The notes: generated by a model from the sequence alone, not told the origin. Positions 1-11,732 are shown, numbered from the stretch's first letter. The stretch: 64,000 nt of DNA from a virus (IMGVR_UViG_2865859272_000007:15399-79398), one strand, 5' to 3'. A program made the numbers and translations.

Positions 1-67
1 TCGAAATCCTCAAAATCCAAGTCACTGCTGCTGCCATGCCCCCGCTTTTCGGACGGAGGTGAATTCG

Positions 68-1276
68 ATGACAAGACTCCTTGAGATGAGTGACGAGGAA
101 CTCGCCGCCCGTTTGCGGGCCGCGCGCACCCTCTCACAGGATGACGTGTACGGTAAACGCTGCTGCAATAATCTGCCGATCCCCGCCCAGGCCAGGTACG
201 AATCTGCCGCGCATCATCACGGCGTCGACGCCGCATCGGAGCACTGATGCACCGCGGCGACGCCGTGTGGGGCGGCCTCTTCGCTGCTGGTATCGGCTAC
301 GAGCTGTGGGCGATCCGCAAGGCCCGCCTGGACTACACGCTGTCGCGAACTACCCGCCGTGCGATGTTCCTGCACACCCGTGGCGGGCGGCTCGTGTTCA
401 CGGCCGGGTGGATGTGGTTCGCGGGGTGGTTTCTTCGTCACGTCATGGAGTTCGGAGAGGAAGGATTGTGATGGAGGAGGAACGCAAATGCCCGCCGTTT
501 CGGCATTACTGGTATTCCGAAGCGGCGCGGGCACCGCGGGTGATCGCGATGGACTGGTGCTGCGTTTGCGGCCATCCGCGCCCGGTAGAGGACATTCCCG
601 GGAACCGAAGGGCGGTGAAGCGGTGACCACCCCCAAGACGCATGTGCACGTCTGGTTCCAGCTCTACGTGTGCTACGACCCGAAGGCGCGGCTCGGCTCC
701 CCCCTGGTCGAAGTACGGGCTTGCGGATGCAAGAAGCAGCATGCCCGACCCTGGCGGCCCGTCCCCGAACCATCGTGAGCCAGCCCGACGAACCAGCCCG
801 GCCCGAACCCACCGTCGAACCCCAGCCACCAGCCGATGTCGGAACCGAATGGCGCTACTGCTCTTCCTGCGCCCGCCTCGAACCCGCAGACGAAGCGGGT
901 GTCCTGCTGCCGCACCTGGCCTCCAAGTCGACGTCGTCGACGCTGATGTGCCAGGGCGGCGGCGAGAAGGGGCCGCTACTGCCGCCCAAGCCTGACATGG
1001 CCGCGGTGCACAAGTGCCCGTACATGAACGGCTGCAACATCTGCAAGCCCAAGGACGACGATGACGACTACGACGACTGAAACCGCGAGCAAGGGCGTGG
1101 ACTCCGCCCTTCCGCCGGGGCACTGGGTGTGCCCCGGATGCTCCCACGACGGCACGATCGCGCTGTGCGGTGCCTGGCTGCTGGGCATTCCGGCGCCGCC
1201 GTCGGCGCCCCGCTGCGAGAGGTGCGACGACGCCCTCGCCGACCACATGGCTAGCCATCGAGGAGGTCACCGATGA
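68..1276 (+). CDS. Six small overlapping hypothetical proteins (68-247, 247-471 membrane-like, 471-626, 623-778, 775-1080, 1097-1276), several Cys-rich
   Basis: GGAGG-type RBS at 55; chained stop/start overlaps (TGATG, GTGA); CxxC motifs. Confidence 0.7.
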
Positions 1277-1623
1277 CCGACGACACCGTACGACAGATCC
1301 TGCGTGACGCGGCCGACTACATCGCCGAGCACGGGCACTGCAAGGGCCGGCTCGAATCCTGGTCGCCCGATGCCGATCTGCCGGCGGTGTGTGCGCTGGG
1401 GGCGCTGCGCCGCACCGGCCTGAGGCATGGGATCGCTGCGTACGGCGCCGCCGTGGGGCAGCTGGCCGACCACCTGCGCTCGCGGGACGACGACCCGCGC
1501 ATTCCCTACGCCTGGAAGCGCTGGGTGGACAGCGCCCAGCTCATACCCATTTACAACGACCACGAGGCTACGACGGCTGAGGACGTGATCCTCGCTATGA
1601 AGCGGGCCGCGGAGGACCGGTGA
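1273..1623 (+). CDS. DUF6197-like phage protein, paralog 1
   Basis: LRDAADYI..HG..KG, CALGAL, YND...TAEDVILAMKRAA; RBS GGAGG upstream. Confidence 0.75.
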   Translation: MTDDTVRQILRDAADYIAEHGHCKGRLESWSPDADLPAVCALGALRRTGLRHGIAAYGAAVGQLADHLRSRDDDPRIPYAWKRWVDSAQLIPIYNDHEATTAEDVILAMKRAAEDR

Positions 1624-1651
1624 CAGGCCCTGGAGGAAGGAGGCGATCCGA

Positions 1652-2530
1652 ATGCGGAAGGAGGGGTGGGCGCGTCGGCGTAAGGAACTCGACCTGATGC
1701 GCGCCAGGGGTATCGATCAGTACGTGCCCAACGACCAGCTCGTGGAACACCTGCGGTTCCTGGAGCGGTGGTGGCCTCGTACCGTGATCGCGGAGCGTAT
1801 CGGGATGAGCCCCACGTTCGTACACGACCACCTGGAGGGGCGTTGTGTGCGGGTGCACCGGGACCATCTGGCGAAGGTGCTGGCGGTCACCGTCCCCGAG
1901 GACGAGCGGGTTACTGACGAGGACCGGTTCCTCGGTGCTCAGCGCATGGCCCGCGGCCTGATCGCGAAGGGGTTCACGTCGCGGGTCATAGCCGAGCATG
2001 CCGGGATGTCCGAGGAGTCGATGCGTTCGCTGACGTCGGGCACGAACCGGAACTGGCAGGGCATGAAGCCGTGGACGTACGAGCGTTTTCTGCGTGCGGC
2101 GGAGAAGCTGGACGCGGCCAGCCCGGGGGACTACGGCGTCTGCACAACGGCACAAAAGACCAACAAGACGCGGTCGGTGCAGAAGCATTGGGCGCCGCTC
2201 GGCTGCTGGGAACTGGCCGAGATCCACAAGCCCGATGCCATCCCAGAGTGGACGGGGGCATGCGGCACCGAGCAGGGCTACCAGATCCACTACCGGGAGA
2301 AACACGAGTTTCCCGACCCCGAACTGGGCACGGTCAGGGCCTGCGGGCCATGCCGCGAAGCCCACCGGGAGTACCGGCGCCGAAACCCGCAGGCGCCCCC
2401 GTGGGAACCGCACGCCGCCGCCGTACGCGAACTCATCGCCGACGGCCTGGGCGACACGGACATCGCCGCCGAGCTCGGCATCAACCCGCGAACCGTCGAA
2501 CGCATCCGCAAACCGAGGAGGAAACAATGA
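1652..2530 (+). CDS. Multi-HTH DNA-binding protein with Cys/His motif
   Basis: HTH-like segments (SRVIAEHAGMSEESMRSL; DTDIAAELGINPRTVERIR); CGT..GY..H...CGPC. Confidence 0.7.
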   Translation: MRKEGWARRRKELDLMRARGIDQYVPNDQLVEHLRFLERWWPRTVIAERIGMSPTFVHDHLEGRCVRVHRDHLAKVLAVTVPEDERVTDEDRFLGAQRMARGLIAKGFTSRVIAEHAGMSEESMRSLTSGTNRNWQGMKPWTYERFLRAAEKLDAASPGDYGVCTTAQKTNKTRSVQKHWAPLGCWELAEIHKPDAIPEWTGACGTEQGYQIHYREKHEFPDPELGTVRACGPCREAHREYRRRNPQAPPWEPHAAAVRELIADGLGDTDIAAELGINPRTVERIRKPRRKQ

Positions 2531-4392
2531 CTAAACCCGAAATCAACCAGGAACTCTTCCAGAAGATCCGCGACCAGTTTGTGCTACATCCCGAAACACA
2601 CGCCCAACGGGACTGGGAAAGCTATGCCACCTGCGGCACTCAACGGTGCGTCGCAGGCTGGGCGCTCCACTTCCACAAGCCGCACCAGGACATTGACACG
2701 ACCCGCAAGGAAGTGCTCTACACCCACGACAAGTACCATTTCAACCTCAACGGCGGCTACGAGGAGAGCGCCCGGATAATCCTCGGCCTCACCCCGGACG
2801 AGGCCACCCGCCTCTTCTACGAGATGGATGACAGCGCGGCCCGACGCATGGTCGAACTGTACGCGCTGAAGGGCCGCAACCGGGATCTTGCATGAGTGAC
2901 ACCGAGCGCGACGCCCGCATCCTCGCCGGCCAACACATCCACAGCCGCTACCCAGAAGGCGACGAACACTGCCACGGCGGCACCTCCGCCCACCTGTGCT
3001 CACAGTGGGAGCGGCAGCTCGAAGAATGGCGAGAAGGACTATGAGCATCACCGCTATCAAGCCGGAACTGGTGCCCGCTCCCTGCGACTGTTACGGGCAC
3101 CCCGAACCTCTCAGAACCACCTTTGCTCCACCCTGGCTATCAACCTGCGGCTACGCCCACTGGAAGTACGGAACGACATACCACGATGGCGTCAAGATCT
3201 CTGCGGAGGCCGCGAACAACAACAAGATGAACACCCGCTGGTTCATCGACGACATCGAAGTCACCCATGCGGAAGCGCATGACGCCCTATTCCCCAACGG
3301 GCACCGGACAGCAGGCAACTGTGACGTCGGATCCTGCGCCAAGGCAGCAAAACCATGATCTTCCTTAGAGCCGCCCTCACCGCCACGCAGCTCGCCGTCG
3401 CCGGCCTCGTCATCGCCACCGCCCCACCACCCGGACCCGGCGACGACCACGCCCCCGACCCACGGCCCGCCGCCGAAACCCTCCGCGACAGCATCGCCGA
3501 CACCGACACGGGCGGCGTCGAGGTCACTGTCGACGGCGCCGCCGTCGTCGTCCACACCGGGGCCGGGCAACGCTTCGACGCCGTGTGGATCACCCAAGAC
3601 ACCGACGGAAGTTGGACCATCGTAGAGAGGGCTCCGGAATGAGCAACCAGGAAGAAATCAGGAATATCCTGCGGGAAGCGGCCCGCATCATCGAGCGTGA
3701 CGGCTGGCACCAGGGCGACTTTTTCCGGGACGATCCGAAGACGGGGCCGGTGTGTGCGCTTGGCGCTCTTCGGCGGGCCATCGCCAGCAGCGCCTCAGGC
3801 GAAGCCGTCAGTGGCAAACTGTACTGCGAGGCCGCCGGCCTGGTCGAGAAGGCCGCCAGCGAGGTCATTCCTCGTGTCGTCCTTCCGGCGTGGAATGACG
3901 CTCCTGAGCGGACCGCCGAGGACGTTATTCTCGCGTTGAAGCGGGCCGCCGATGGGTGACCACACGCCCCTGGACGGGTTCATGGCCGAGGCGGACCGGT
4001 GGCGGTCGGAGCACCCGTGGCGGTGCCGTTGGGGGCGGGTCTGGCGGCGTGCCGGCGATGTGTGGCGTGCCGTGCGCTTGGAGCCGGTGTGGGCGTGGCA
4101 GCGGGCCCGGCGCGGCTACTCCGAACGCGACCTGTGGTCGCTGGACACCTACATTGCCGGCGTCGTCGGGGCCGGCGTCCAGCATCTCAAGGAGGTCAAG
4201 CACAGCCATCCTGTTGAGGTCACCGAGCAGGAGTGGGACGACATCCTCGACCGCATTGCGGGGCCGCTACTCGCGTACGCGGAAGGCAAGTTCGATCCCG
4301 GGCTCAGCTTTGAGGACGAGCTGGTGCAGTACGAGGCTGCGCGTGAGGCGATGCGGTTGTTCGCTGAGCACCTGGGCTCGATGTGGGACTGA
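2527..4392 (+). CDS. Run of small hypothetical proteins: 2527-2895, 2892-3044, 3041-3358, 3355-3642 (N-terminal hydrophobic), 3639-3959, 3952-4392
   Basis: ATGA-coupled ORFs with GC-type codon usage. Confidence 0.7.
3639..3959 (+). CDS. DUF6197-like phage protein, paralog 2
   Basis: LREAARIIERDGWHQG, CALGAL, WND...RTAEDVILALKRAA. Confidence 0.75.
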   Translation: MSNQEEIRNILREAARIIERDGWHQGDFFRDDPKTGPVCALGALRRAIASSASGEAVSGKLYCEAAGLVEKAASEVIPRVVLPAWNDAPERTAEDVILALKRAADG

Positions 4393-4397
4393 CCCTC

Positions 4398-5219
4398 TCA
4401 GCGAGACAGCGGCTCGAAGGACACGGTCGGGGCGATGAGCCGACCGCGTCCGTCGGCCACGGCACGCCCGTAGTCGATCAACGTGTTGTTGACCTCGGCC
4501 TCGACGTGGTCCTCGGGCGACTGGCAGCCAGGGCAGCGGTACCCGGCCAGCCTGCCGTTCGCCATGACGGCGTTCCATTCCTGAAAGTCGCTGCCGTCCT
4601 TCCAGCATGCCCGGCCGCACGTGTCACAGTATCCGACCGGCCCAATCCTGCGCCCCACACCAACCGCCCAGTGTCCGTATCCCGGTAGCCCCCGTACAGC
4701 GTAGCGGCTACTGGCGCTGCCGGTTCTGGGCTTTGATCTGGCCGAGTAGTTGCGGCGCCAGCTCCCACGGGAACTCGTCGTGCGGCGGCATGGCGAGGAT
4801 CTGCCACAGCCACACCGCCCAGTCTCGGGGCATGGTCAGCGTGAACCGCTGGTGGTGGCTGATGGCGGCCCCGTCGTACATGGCCCGCGCCCAGGCAGCG
4901 ACCGCCAGGCGGCCAGCGTCGTGCGCCTCCGGCCACGGGTGGCACATCGACCAGTCCTCCATGCGTTCGGCAACGCACAGCCAGTCCAGGGCCTCGAAGG
5001 TGACCTGGTACGACGCCTTCCGCAGTTCGATCCTCACCGGGCGGCCTCGATGCCGAGAGCAGCCAGCAGCCTGGAGGCTTCGGCCCTGATCTCGTCCGCG
5101 GTGTCCCAGAAGGTGTCGAAATACTCGACGACCTTCTTGTCCATGAGCGTCGGGTCGTCCTCGTGCCCGTCCTCGTCGCGGTGGGCGTCGCGGACCTCGG
5201 ACCACTCCGCGTTCAGCAC
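4398..5219 (-). CDS. Three small leftward genes (4398-4658 with two CxxC, 4708-5037, 5034 to about 5219 acidic)
   Basis: Protein-like minus-strand ORFs with GTGA coupling at 5034-5037; the 5219 start is uncertain. Confidence 0.55.
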
Positions 5220-5319
5220 CTCCCACGCCCTGATCGCATCAAGCAGCGGTGAGGGATCAAATGTCAGCCATGCGTCTGATCGTACACAGGCCGGCCCCAA
5301 CCGAAAGAGAAACGAGTAC

Positions 5320-5478
5320 ATGACCATATTCGCTTGGGTGCTCATTGCGCTCATCGGGATACCCGGGGTTATTGCCCTGCTGTACGCGGCCTTTGTGGAG
5401 CCAGCCGTTGCCTTCGCCCTCGGCGTCGTATCCCTGGCCCTCGTATTCGGCTGGGCGCTTTCGGTGGTGGTGCAATGA
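5320..5478 (+). CDS. Small two-TM membrane protein
   Basis: MTIFAWVLIALIGIPGVIALLYAAF; RBS GAAAGAG. Confidence 0.7.
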   Translation: MTIFAWVLIALIGIPGVIALLYAAFVEPAVAFALGVVSLALVFGWALSVVVQ

Positions 5479-5521
5479 CCCCGTCAACCGCGAAAGTCGC
5501 CTCAGAGGGGAAGGTGCTGCT

Positions 5522-6648
5522 GTGAACACCGTCAACTTCACCGACGAGGAACTCCTCGCCCTCGCCGAATTCTTCAAGCCCGAAGGCGGCAGCATGGATG
5601 ACGCCATCTTCGACCGCATCGGCCGACGGCTGCTCGTCGTCGCTGCCAAGGCCGACCTCATCGACCCGGAGGTGGCGTGATGGGCGCCCCTGAGATGTAT
5701 CCCGAGGTGTACGCCGAGCACCTGACCGGCGACCCCGTATACGACAAGGCATTCATCGCCCTGGCCGATTGCCCCAGCTTCGCCCAGGTTGAGGCGGCAC
5801 TGAAAACCTACGCTCGCGGACTGGCCGAGAAAATCCGGGAGGAGTCCCGCTTCTATGTATTGGAGTCCCCTACCGGGCACCGCTTTGACCCATACATGAG
5901 GGCGGCAGGCGTCATGGCCGCAGCCGCCGACCTCATCGACCCGGAGGTGACGTAATGAGCGCACGAGACAAGCTGGCGACCGTCGTAGCCGCATCGGTTA
6001 ACGATGTGCAGGACGAGTCGGTGTTCTACAGCGCCCGGCAAGCTGGCGCCGACATCATGAAGGCGGTAGACGTCTACGCCCACGAGCTGGCGGAGATGAT
6101 CCGGGACAACTGCAACTGCCCTTCTAAGGGCTACTGCGATTGTGACGGCGCCGCCGACCTCATCGACCCGGAGGCGTCGTGAGATGGAAGTTCTGCCTTC
6201 ACAAGGGCGCGGCCTGGTGCTGGATGTGCCACGCGTTCCACTGCGACCCGTTCGTTGACATCACCACCCTCAGCGACCCGAAGCGCGTCTACTTCTGCCA
6301 GTTGTGCAGCGGGTTCAAGTACGAGGACTACGACGAGGAGGAGTTCGAATGACCGCCCGCGACCGCTTCTTCACCGCCTACAACGACCCCGGTGAATGCT
6401 ATTGCGGCGGAACGTACTGCCTATCGCTTGAGCATCTCGTCGACACCCTTCTCCGCGAACACGCCCACGAGCTGGCGGAGAGGCTCCGGGAGGAGTTGGG
6501 CAACTGTACATCCTCCTACTCCTGGGATAGCCACAGTCGAAGGTGTCGCGAATACCACTACCGCGAAGGCGACGACGCGCCGCGAGTCCCCTGCGATGAC
6601 TACACATCCGAGGACGCCGCCGACCTCATCGACCCGGAGGTGTCATGA
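5522..6648 (+). CDS. ADLIDPE(V/A)-terminated proteins (5522-5680, 5680-5955, 5955-6182, 6349-6648) with an interposed Cys-rich ORF (6179-6352)
   Basis: Shared C-terminus; three share an AHELAE/ARGLAE helix; coupled starts. Confidence 0.8.
5651..6648 (+). repeat. Dispersed ~30-bp repeat GCCGACCTCATCGACCCGGAGG(T/C)G at 5651, 5926, 6153, 6619; degenerate copy at 12687
   Basis: Direct sequence comparison; encodes ADLIDPE and contains the SD of the next gene. Confidence 0.9.
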
Positions 6649-8062
6649 CCGACAACCCCATCAAGACCTACACCTACGTATTCGACATCGAAGAAGCGCG
6701 GCGTTCGCTGTTCAGGCGGCCGAGATATGACCTCAAGGTGTTCCTGAACGTTGGGGATCCGTATCCGTACGAACATGTTGGCCAGCAATACGGCTTCAGG
6801 ACCTACGACCAGGCTTACGAGGCGGGCAGGCGTGCAGCTCAAGAGGACTACGAGCGCCGACTCTTCGAGTACTGGAAAGACGGGCAGCACGGTCTGGTAC
6901 CCAAGATCCCGCCATCGCGTAAGCGGGTCACCTACCACCCGGAGGGCACCGATGACTGACACCCTCATCGACGCCCGAGGCGTCCCCATCACCCCCGGCG
7001 ACACCGCCATCTACGGCTTCACCGTGGGCCGCAGTGTCGCGATGGCCGAGGCCGTCGTCCTCGGGGAGCTGGTCGGCCCCGACCTGCCTCCCGGCGTCAC
7101 TGCTGCCATCGTACTGGAGGAGAAGGTGTCGCTGACGCCGTCGGGGCGGGTCCGCCTCCGCGTCGTCCGCAGGTCGTACGGCGGCGGCGAGAAGCCCGTC
7201 GTGGACGTCGCCCCTGACCGGCTGGTGGTTTTGAAGCGCGAGTCCGTCATTGTCGGCGACGTCGTTTGCTCCGGCTTCCCCTACCTCCCGCCGTTGCCGA
7301 CGCAGGACGAGGAGGCGAGGGCGAAGATCGAGAGGGCGATCGAGTCCTACAAGCGCGGCCTCCGGGCGACGGAGGTGCCGCCCTTCTGGGCCGGGGAGGA
7401 TGGCGACCTCCTCGGTTACCACGTCTGGTGCGCAGAACGCCTGGCCGACTGCCACGAGGAGTTGGAGAAACTCGATGAGTGAGAGGTCCGACCGCGACAA
7501 GGTGTACGACGCCCTCAGCGAGCTGTACGTCTCGCATCAGCGCGGAGCTGCCCCGTTCTGGGCCAAGTCGCCACACAACTGCACCAGTTGCGAGGCACGC
7601 ATGGCGAAGGTCATGGCCGTCGTGGACGAGTACGCCGAGGAGGTCGCCTATCAGGCGGTCCGGGAGTACAGGGGGTTCGCCTGATGGGATACGGACCCTC
7701 GAAGAGGCCGATCAGGATTGCCGGGCGAGTGGACTGGTGGTGGGCCTGGCGGGCGTGCACCTGGCGCGGGCGCGCCCGGCTTGTCGCCACCGATCTGGCC
7801 TGGTACGCGTGGAGGACTGACCGTGATGAGTGAGAGCGCTGAGCTGCCGAGGTTCGTCCGGCGTCACCTGCCGGGCGAGATCGTGGACGAGATCTTCGCT
7901 TACGAGGCGAAGATCGACGGCGAATGGGGCTGCTGCTGCTCCCGCGGCCAGATCGAGCGCGGGGGGTGTCCGAACACCGACGTGGACCAGATCCAGATCC
8001 TCCGCCTCCTCGCCCGGCAGTGGCGGTGGGGCCCCGGCTTCCAGAGCAGGTGGGATTTCTGA
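6645..8062 (+). CDS. Hypothetical proteins 6645-6959, 6952-7482, 7475-7684, 7684-7833, 7826-8062
   Basis: Overlapping coupled ORFs with RBSs. Confidence 0.7.
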
Positions 8063-8448
8063 TGGAGCTGGAGGAGCGCTTCTGGTCGAAGGTCGACTGG
8101 GATATCCACGATGAAGATCGTTGCTGGGCATGGGAGGCCACAAAGATCTGGAACGGATACGGGCGCTTCAAGGTGACCCGCACCTGTCTGGGTCTAGCGC
8201 ACCGTATCGCCTATGAGTTGGAGGTAGGCGAGATTCCAGAGGGTATGGTCATTGACCACCAATGCGGCGTCCGGCATTGCGTAAACCCCTCCCACCTTCG
8301 CGCGGTTACCCCAAGGCAGAACACCCTAATGGGCAACGGGCCGACCGCCGTCAACGCCCGTAAGGTCAACTGCCGCTGCGGTGGTCCCTATCGACAGATC
8401 AAGCTGCAACGCATATGTGAGAGGTGTGATTATGGCAGGGCGTCCTGA
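8062..8448 (+). CDS. HNH endonuclease (homing type)
   Basis: ERFWSKVD, CWAWE, YGRF, AHRIAY, IDHQCGVRHCVNPSHL. Confidence 0.9.
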   Translation: MELEERFWSKVDWDIHDEDRCWAWEATKIWNGYGRFKVTRTCLGLAHRIAYELEVGEIPEGMVIDHQCGVRHCVNPSHLRAVTPRQNTLMGNGPTAVNARKVNCRCGGPYRQIKLQRICERCDYGRAS

Positions 8449-8959
8449 CCGTGATGAATGGCATCTCCGTGGTGCGCAGTGGCTTTCCGAACAAGGTGAC
8501 TGCACCCGCCGCAAGGTCGGCGCCCTCATCGTCGGCCCCGACAAGCGGTTCCTCGGCATGGGCTACAACGGCGGCCGACCCGGCGGCCCGAGCTGCCTCG
8601 AAGGGGATTGTCCAAGAGGACGGCACTACGAGCGGCCCCCGAAGCACCCCTGGCGACGGAACTGCCAATGCGTGGACTGCGATCCCGACCGCTGCGCCTG
8701 CGGCAACGCCTGGCCCTGCCAGCAGGCCGCCCAGCCGGGTGAGGGCTACGACGGCGTCGGCCTGGCGTCCTGGAAGTGCATCGCCACCCACGCCGAAGCC
8801 AACGCCGTCGCCGACGCCATGCAGCGCGGCGCCGGGCGCCTCGCCGGAGCCGTCATGTACATCTCCTGCGAACCCTGCGATGGCTGCGTGCGGCACATCC
8901 GCAACACGACCGACATCAAGGCCATCGTCTGGCCGAACGGAAAGATAGGACTGCCATGA
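8432..8959 (+). CDS. dCMP deaminase
   Basis: CTRRKVGALIV, GYNG, HAEANA and PCDGC zinc/catalytic motifs; Cys-rich insertion. Confidence 0.92.
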   Translation: MAGRPDRDEWHLRGAQWLSEQGDCTRRKVGALIVGPDKRFLGMGYNGGRPGGPSCLEGDCPRGRHYERPPKHPWRRNCQCVDCDPDRCACGNAWPCQQAAQPGEGYDGVGLASWKCIATHAEANAVADAMQRGAGRLAGAVMYISCEPCDGCVRHIRNTTDIKAIVWPNGKIGLP

Positions 8960-10584
8960 ACTACAGGCGCCTCGCCCTCCTGGTCGGCACCCCCGCCGGC
9001 GTCGCGGCCTGGTACGGACTGTGGGTGGTGCTGTTCTCGACGGTCATCTCCCCAATGGCAGACACGAACGCCTGGGGCTCGGCAGTCCTGGTGGCGCTCT
9101 TGTTCACCGGCATGGCCGTTTTCGTCGGAGCCGCCATATGGACAACTGGACTCCTCGAAGAAGTCTGGGACTGGCTTCACGAATGCGGCTGCAAGAAACA
9201 GTACGCCTACGGAGAAGGCCGGTACGCGGTCACCCGCCCCTGCAAACGCCACCGACACCGTGCCGCTGAGGACCGAATCCGCGAACTCGAAAAGGAACTG
9301 GGCCTGTGACCATCATCAACCTCGGCGACCTCGTCCACCGCATCTGCCAGCGCATCGACGCAGACCCCTCCACCGTCTTCCGCCTCAACATCACCCCAAC
9401 CGAACTCACCGTCCACACCCACGTCCGCAACGACAACGGCAACTACATGTGGGACACCATCACCGACGCACCCGCCGAAACCATCACAAGATTCCCGATC
9501 AGCACCCAGCTCTCCCACGCCGAAACCAACGCGCTGATCGAAGAACGACTCAAGGAACTCCGATCATGACCGACCTCTACCCCGGCAGCCTCACCGGATA
9601 CCGCCACTTCCACGCCGCCCCCGACAGCGAAACCATCACCTCGGTTTCATTCCGCAACCACCACTGGCACGCCGGCGACAACACCGCCACCTGCCACCGC
9701 CACCACGACCCGAACCTCTCCACCCCAGACAGCATCGAACAGCAAGCCGCCGCCACCGAAACCGAACTCGCCCACATCTACGACCTGCTACTCAACCGGG
9801 CAGCGCTCGCCAACTCCCCCCTCGCCTACGACCAGTGGCTGTTCCGGCAAGCCGAGCACGGCAGGTTCGAGACGGAAAACCGGCTGGGCCAGCTCTACCG
9901 CGCCCTGGAATCCGTTTCACCGCACCACCGCCTCGCCGGCTGCCGGTGCGGCTTCTACGCCAGCTACGACCCCGCCACCGACTTCTACAACTACCGCGGC
10001 GGCTCCATCACACGCCAGCTCCACGGCGTCGTCGAAGCCTGGGGCACCATCATCCTCGGCACCAAGGGGTTCCGTGCCAGCACCATGCGCATCAAGGCCC
10101 TCGCTCCCGCCTCCGGCTGGGACGACACCCCGGACAAGATCCGGCTCCTTGCCGGCCGCGTCAGCAAGGTTCTGCCGTCCGTGCACTGGTACGACACCAC
10201 CAACGACATGATCGCAGACTGGCCGGAGCCCGACCGCAGCGGCCTCCCCGTCACCATCGACCGCACAGAAACGGGCCTCGGCCAGAATCATTACGGCGGC
10301 GAAGAGTGGGCGCCGTGAGAACCATCATCATCGCCAACACGGGATGGCGACGTCGCCCGCGGCCCGAAGCGCGCAGCGAACACGGTGACCGATACCTGTT
10401 CCTGGAACTCCGCACCCAACAGGACGCCCTGAAAGTCCGCGGCCTGAGCGTGTACGACATCGTCTGGGTGGAACCGGCACCACCCGAAGTCGTCGACGCC
10501 GTCATGCCCTGCCTGGCGTTCGGAACCAGGGCCCCGAGACGCACCTTCGCACGCCCCCCTGACACGAACCGCCCAGCACCCTAA
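8956..10584 (+). CDS. Hypothetical proteins 8956-9309 (two TM), 9306-9569, 9566-10318 (CRCGFYA motif), 10315-10584
   Basis: Coupled ORFs; strongly C-ending codons. Confidence 0.7.
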
Positions 10585-10595
10585 AAGGACCCGCC

Positions 10596-10829
10596 ATGTA
10601 CGAATACATCAACCCCGACAACGACAACATCACCATCGGCGTCGACGTCATCACGAACGGCACCTACACCGTCGTCAACGCCAATACCGCCGACCGCGTC
10701 GGCCTGGGCGTCGCCAAGCGGCACCCCGACGACCAGCACGACACGGACACCGGCGCCTACCTCGCCATCGCCCGCGCCCTCATCGACCTCGGCCAAACCA
10801 TCGAAGCCGACATCCGGGCGGCACTGTGA
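10596..10829 (+). CDS. DUF1876-like (dsRBD-fold) protein
   Basis: GLGVAKRHPDD..D..TG.YLA.ARAL.DL motif. Confidence 0.7.
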   Translation: MYEYINPDNDNITIGVDVITNGTYTVVNANTADRVGLGVAKRHPDDQHDTDTGAYLAIARALIDLGQTIEADIRAAL

Positions 10830-11026
10830 CAACCCGACCCTGCTACTGCCAGGAAAACGACGGCTACCTCGCCGTCCCCGACACCGGCGCCTACCTGATC
10901 ATCGACGGCGCCGTACGCCAAGTCACCTCCAGGTGGGGGGAACTGGGCCCGACCACCGACGGGCGCATCCGGTGGGGACTGGTCACCCAAGACGAGCACG
11001 ACGCCCAGGGAGGCGAATTCAGGTGA
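10826..11026 (+). CDS. Hypothetical protein
   Basis: GTGA-coupled ORF. Confidence 0.6.
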   Translation: MTTRPCYCQENDGYLAVPDTGAYLIIDGAVRQVTSRWGELGPTTDGRIRWGLVTQDEHDAQGGEFR

Positions 11027-11454
11027 ATGCCCGCAGGAAGAAGTACATCGCCGGATCCCTCGCTGCTGCCGCCCTCCTCGGCGGAGGACTGGCCGCCTGC
11101 TCCACCGACGCCAGCATGGTATCCGAGAACCTGTCCAAGGCCGCCGACAACTTCGAAGTCAACCGGCGCATCGTCATGTTCAACGGCATCACCGACCAGT
11201 ACCTGCTGACCATCGAAGGCCCCTGCTCGATCACCGACGAAGGCCACCAGCTCGAAGTCGTCTGCAAGACCGGATCCGGCGCCTACAAGAAGCACTTCCT
11301 CGGCCTGTCCGACAACGTGTCCTACTTCGTGGAACAAGGCGAGCCGGTCACCGCGAGCGCCAACCACTACCGAGTCACCTTCAAGCCCCAGCAGATCATC
11401 CCCGATGTCGACTTCCGCGGCAGCACGGAAGACCTGCCGAAGAACCAGCCGTAA
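11023..11454 (+). CDS. Conserved phage lipoprotein
   Basis: Lipobox LAAC after a hydrophobic stretch; SENLSKAADNFEVNRRIV.FNGITD.YLL.IEG.CSI is a recurrent phage family. Confidence 0.8.
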   Translation: MNARRKKYIAGSLAAAALLGGGLAACSTDASMVSENLSKAADNFEVNRRIVMFNGITDQYLLTIEGPCSITDEGHQLEVVCKTGSGAYKKHFLGLSDNVSYFVEQGEPVTASANHYRVTFKPQQIIPDVDFRGSTEDLPKNQP

Positions 11455-11464
11455 GGACCCCACA

Positions 11465-11701
11465 ATGAAGATCAAGTACAAGAAAGACGGCACCGTCAAG
11501 ATCACAATGTCGAAGGAAGAAGCCATCAACATAGGCGGCCTGCCGCGTCCGCAGGACGAAACCATGCGTGCGCTGTGGCTAAACCTTCCCACATCCACGC
11601 CCGGGAGCATGCAGGTGCGTTTCGAAACCGAAATGACCATCGAACTCGAACGCCAGCGCATCCCTGAAAGCTTCATCTACCGGCAGATACACAACCCGTG
11701 A
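11465..11701 (+). CDS. Hypothetical protein
   Basis: RBS AAGGA and protein-like ORF. Confidence 0.6.
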   Translation: MKIKYKKDGTVKITMSKEEAINIGGLPRPQDETMRALWLNLPTSTPGSMQVRFETEMTIELERQRIPESFIYRQIHNP

Positions 11702-11732
11702 ACCGCGACTGCAACACAGAAAGAGAACCGCT

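Noticed and set aside
11023-11454. Recombination directionality factor label sometimes given to this family
   Set aside because: It has a lipoprotein signal and lies far from the integrase, which is inconsistent with a cytoplasmic DNA-binding RDF
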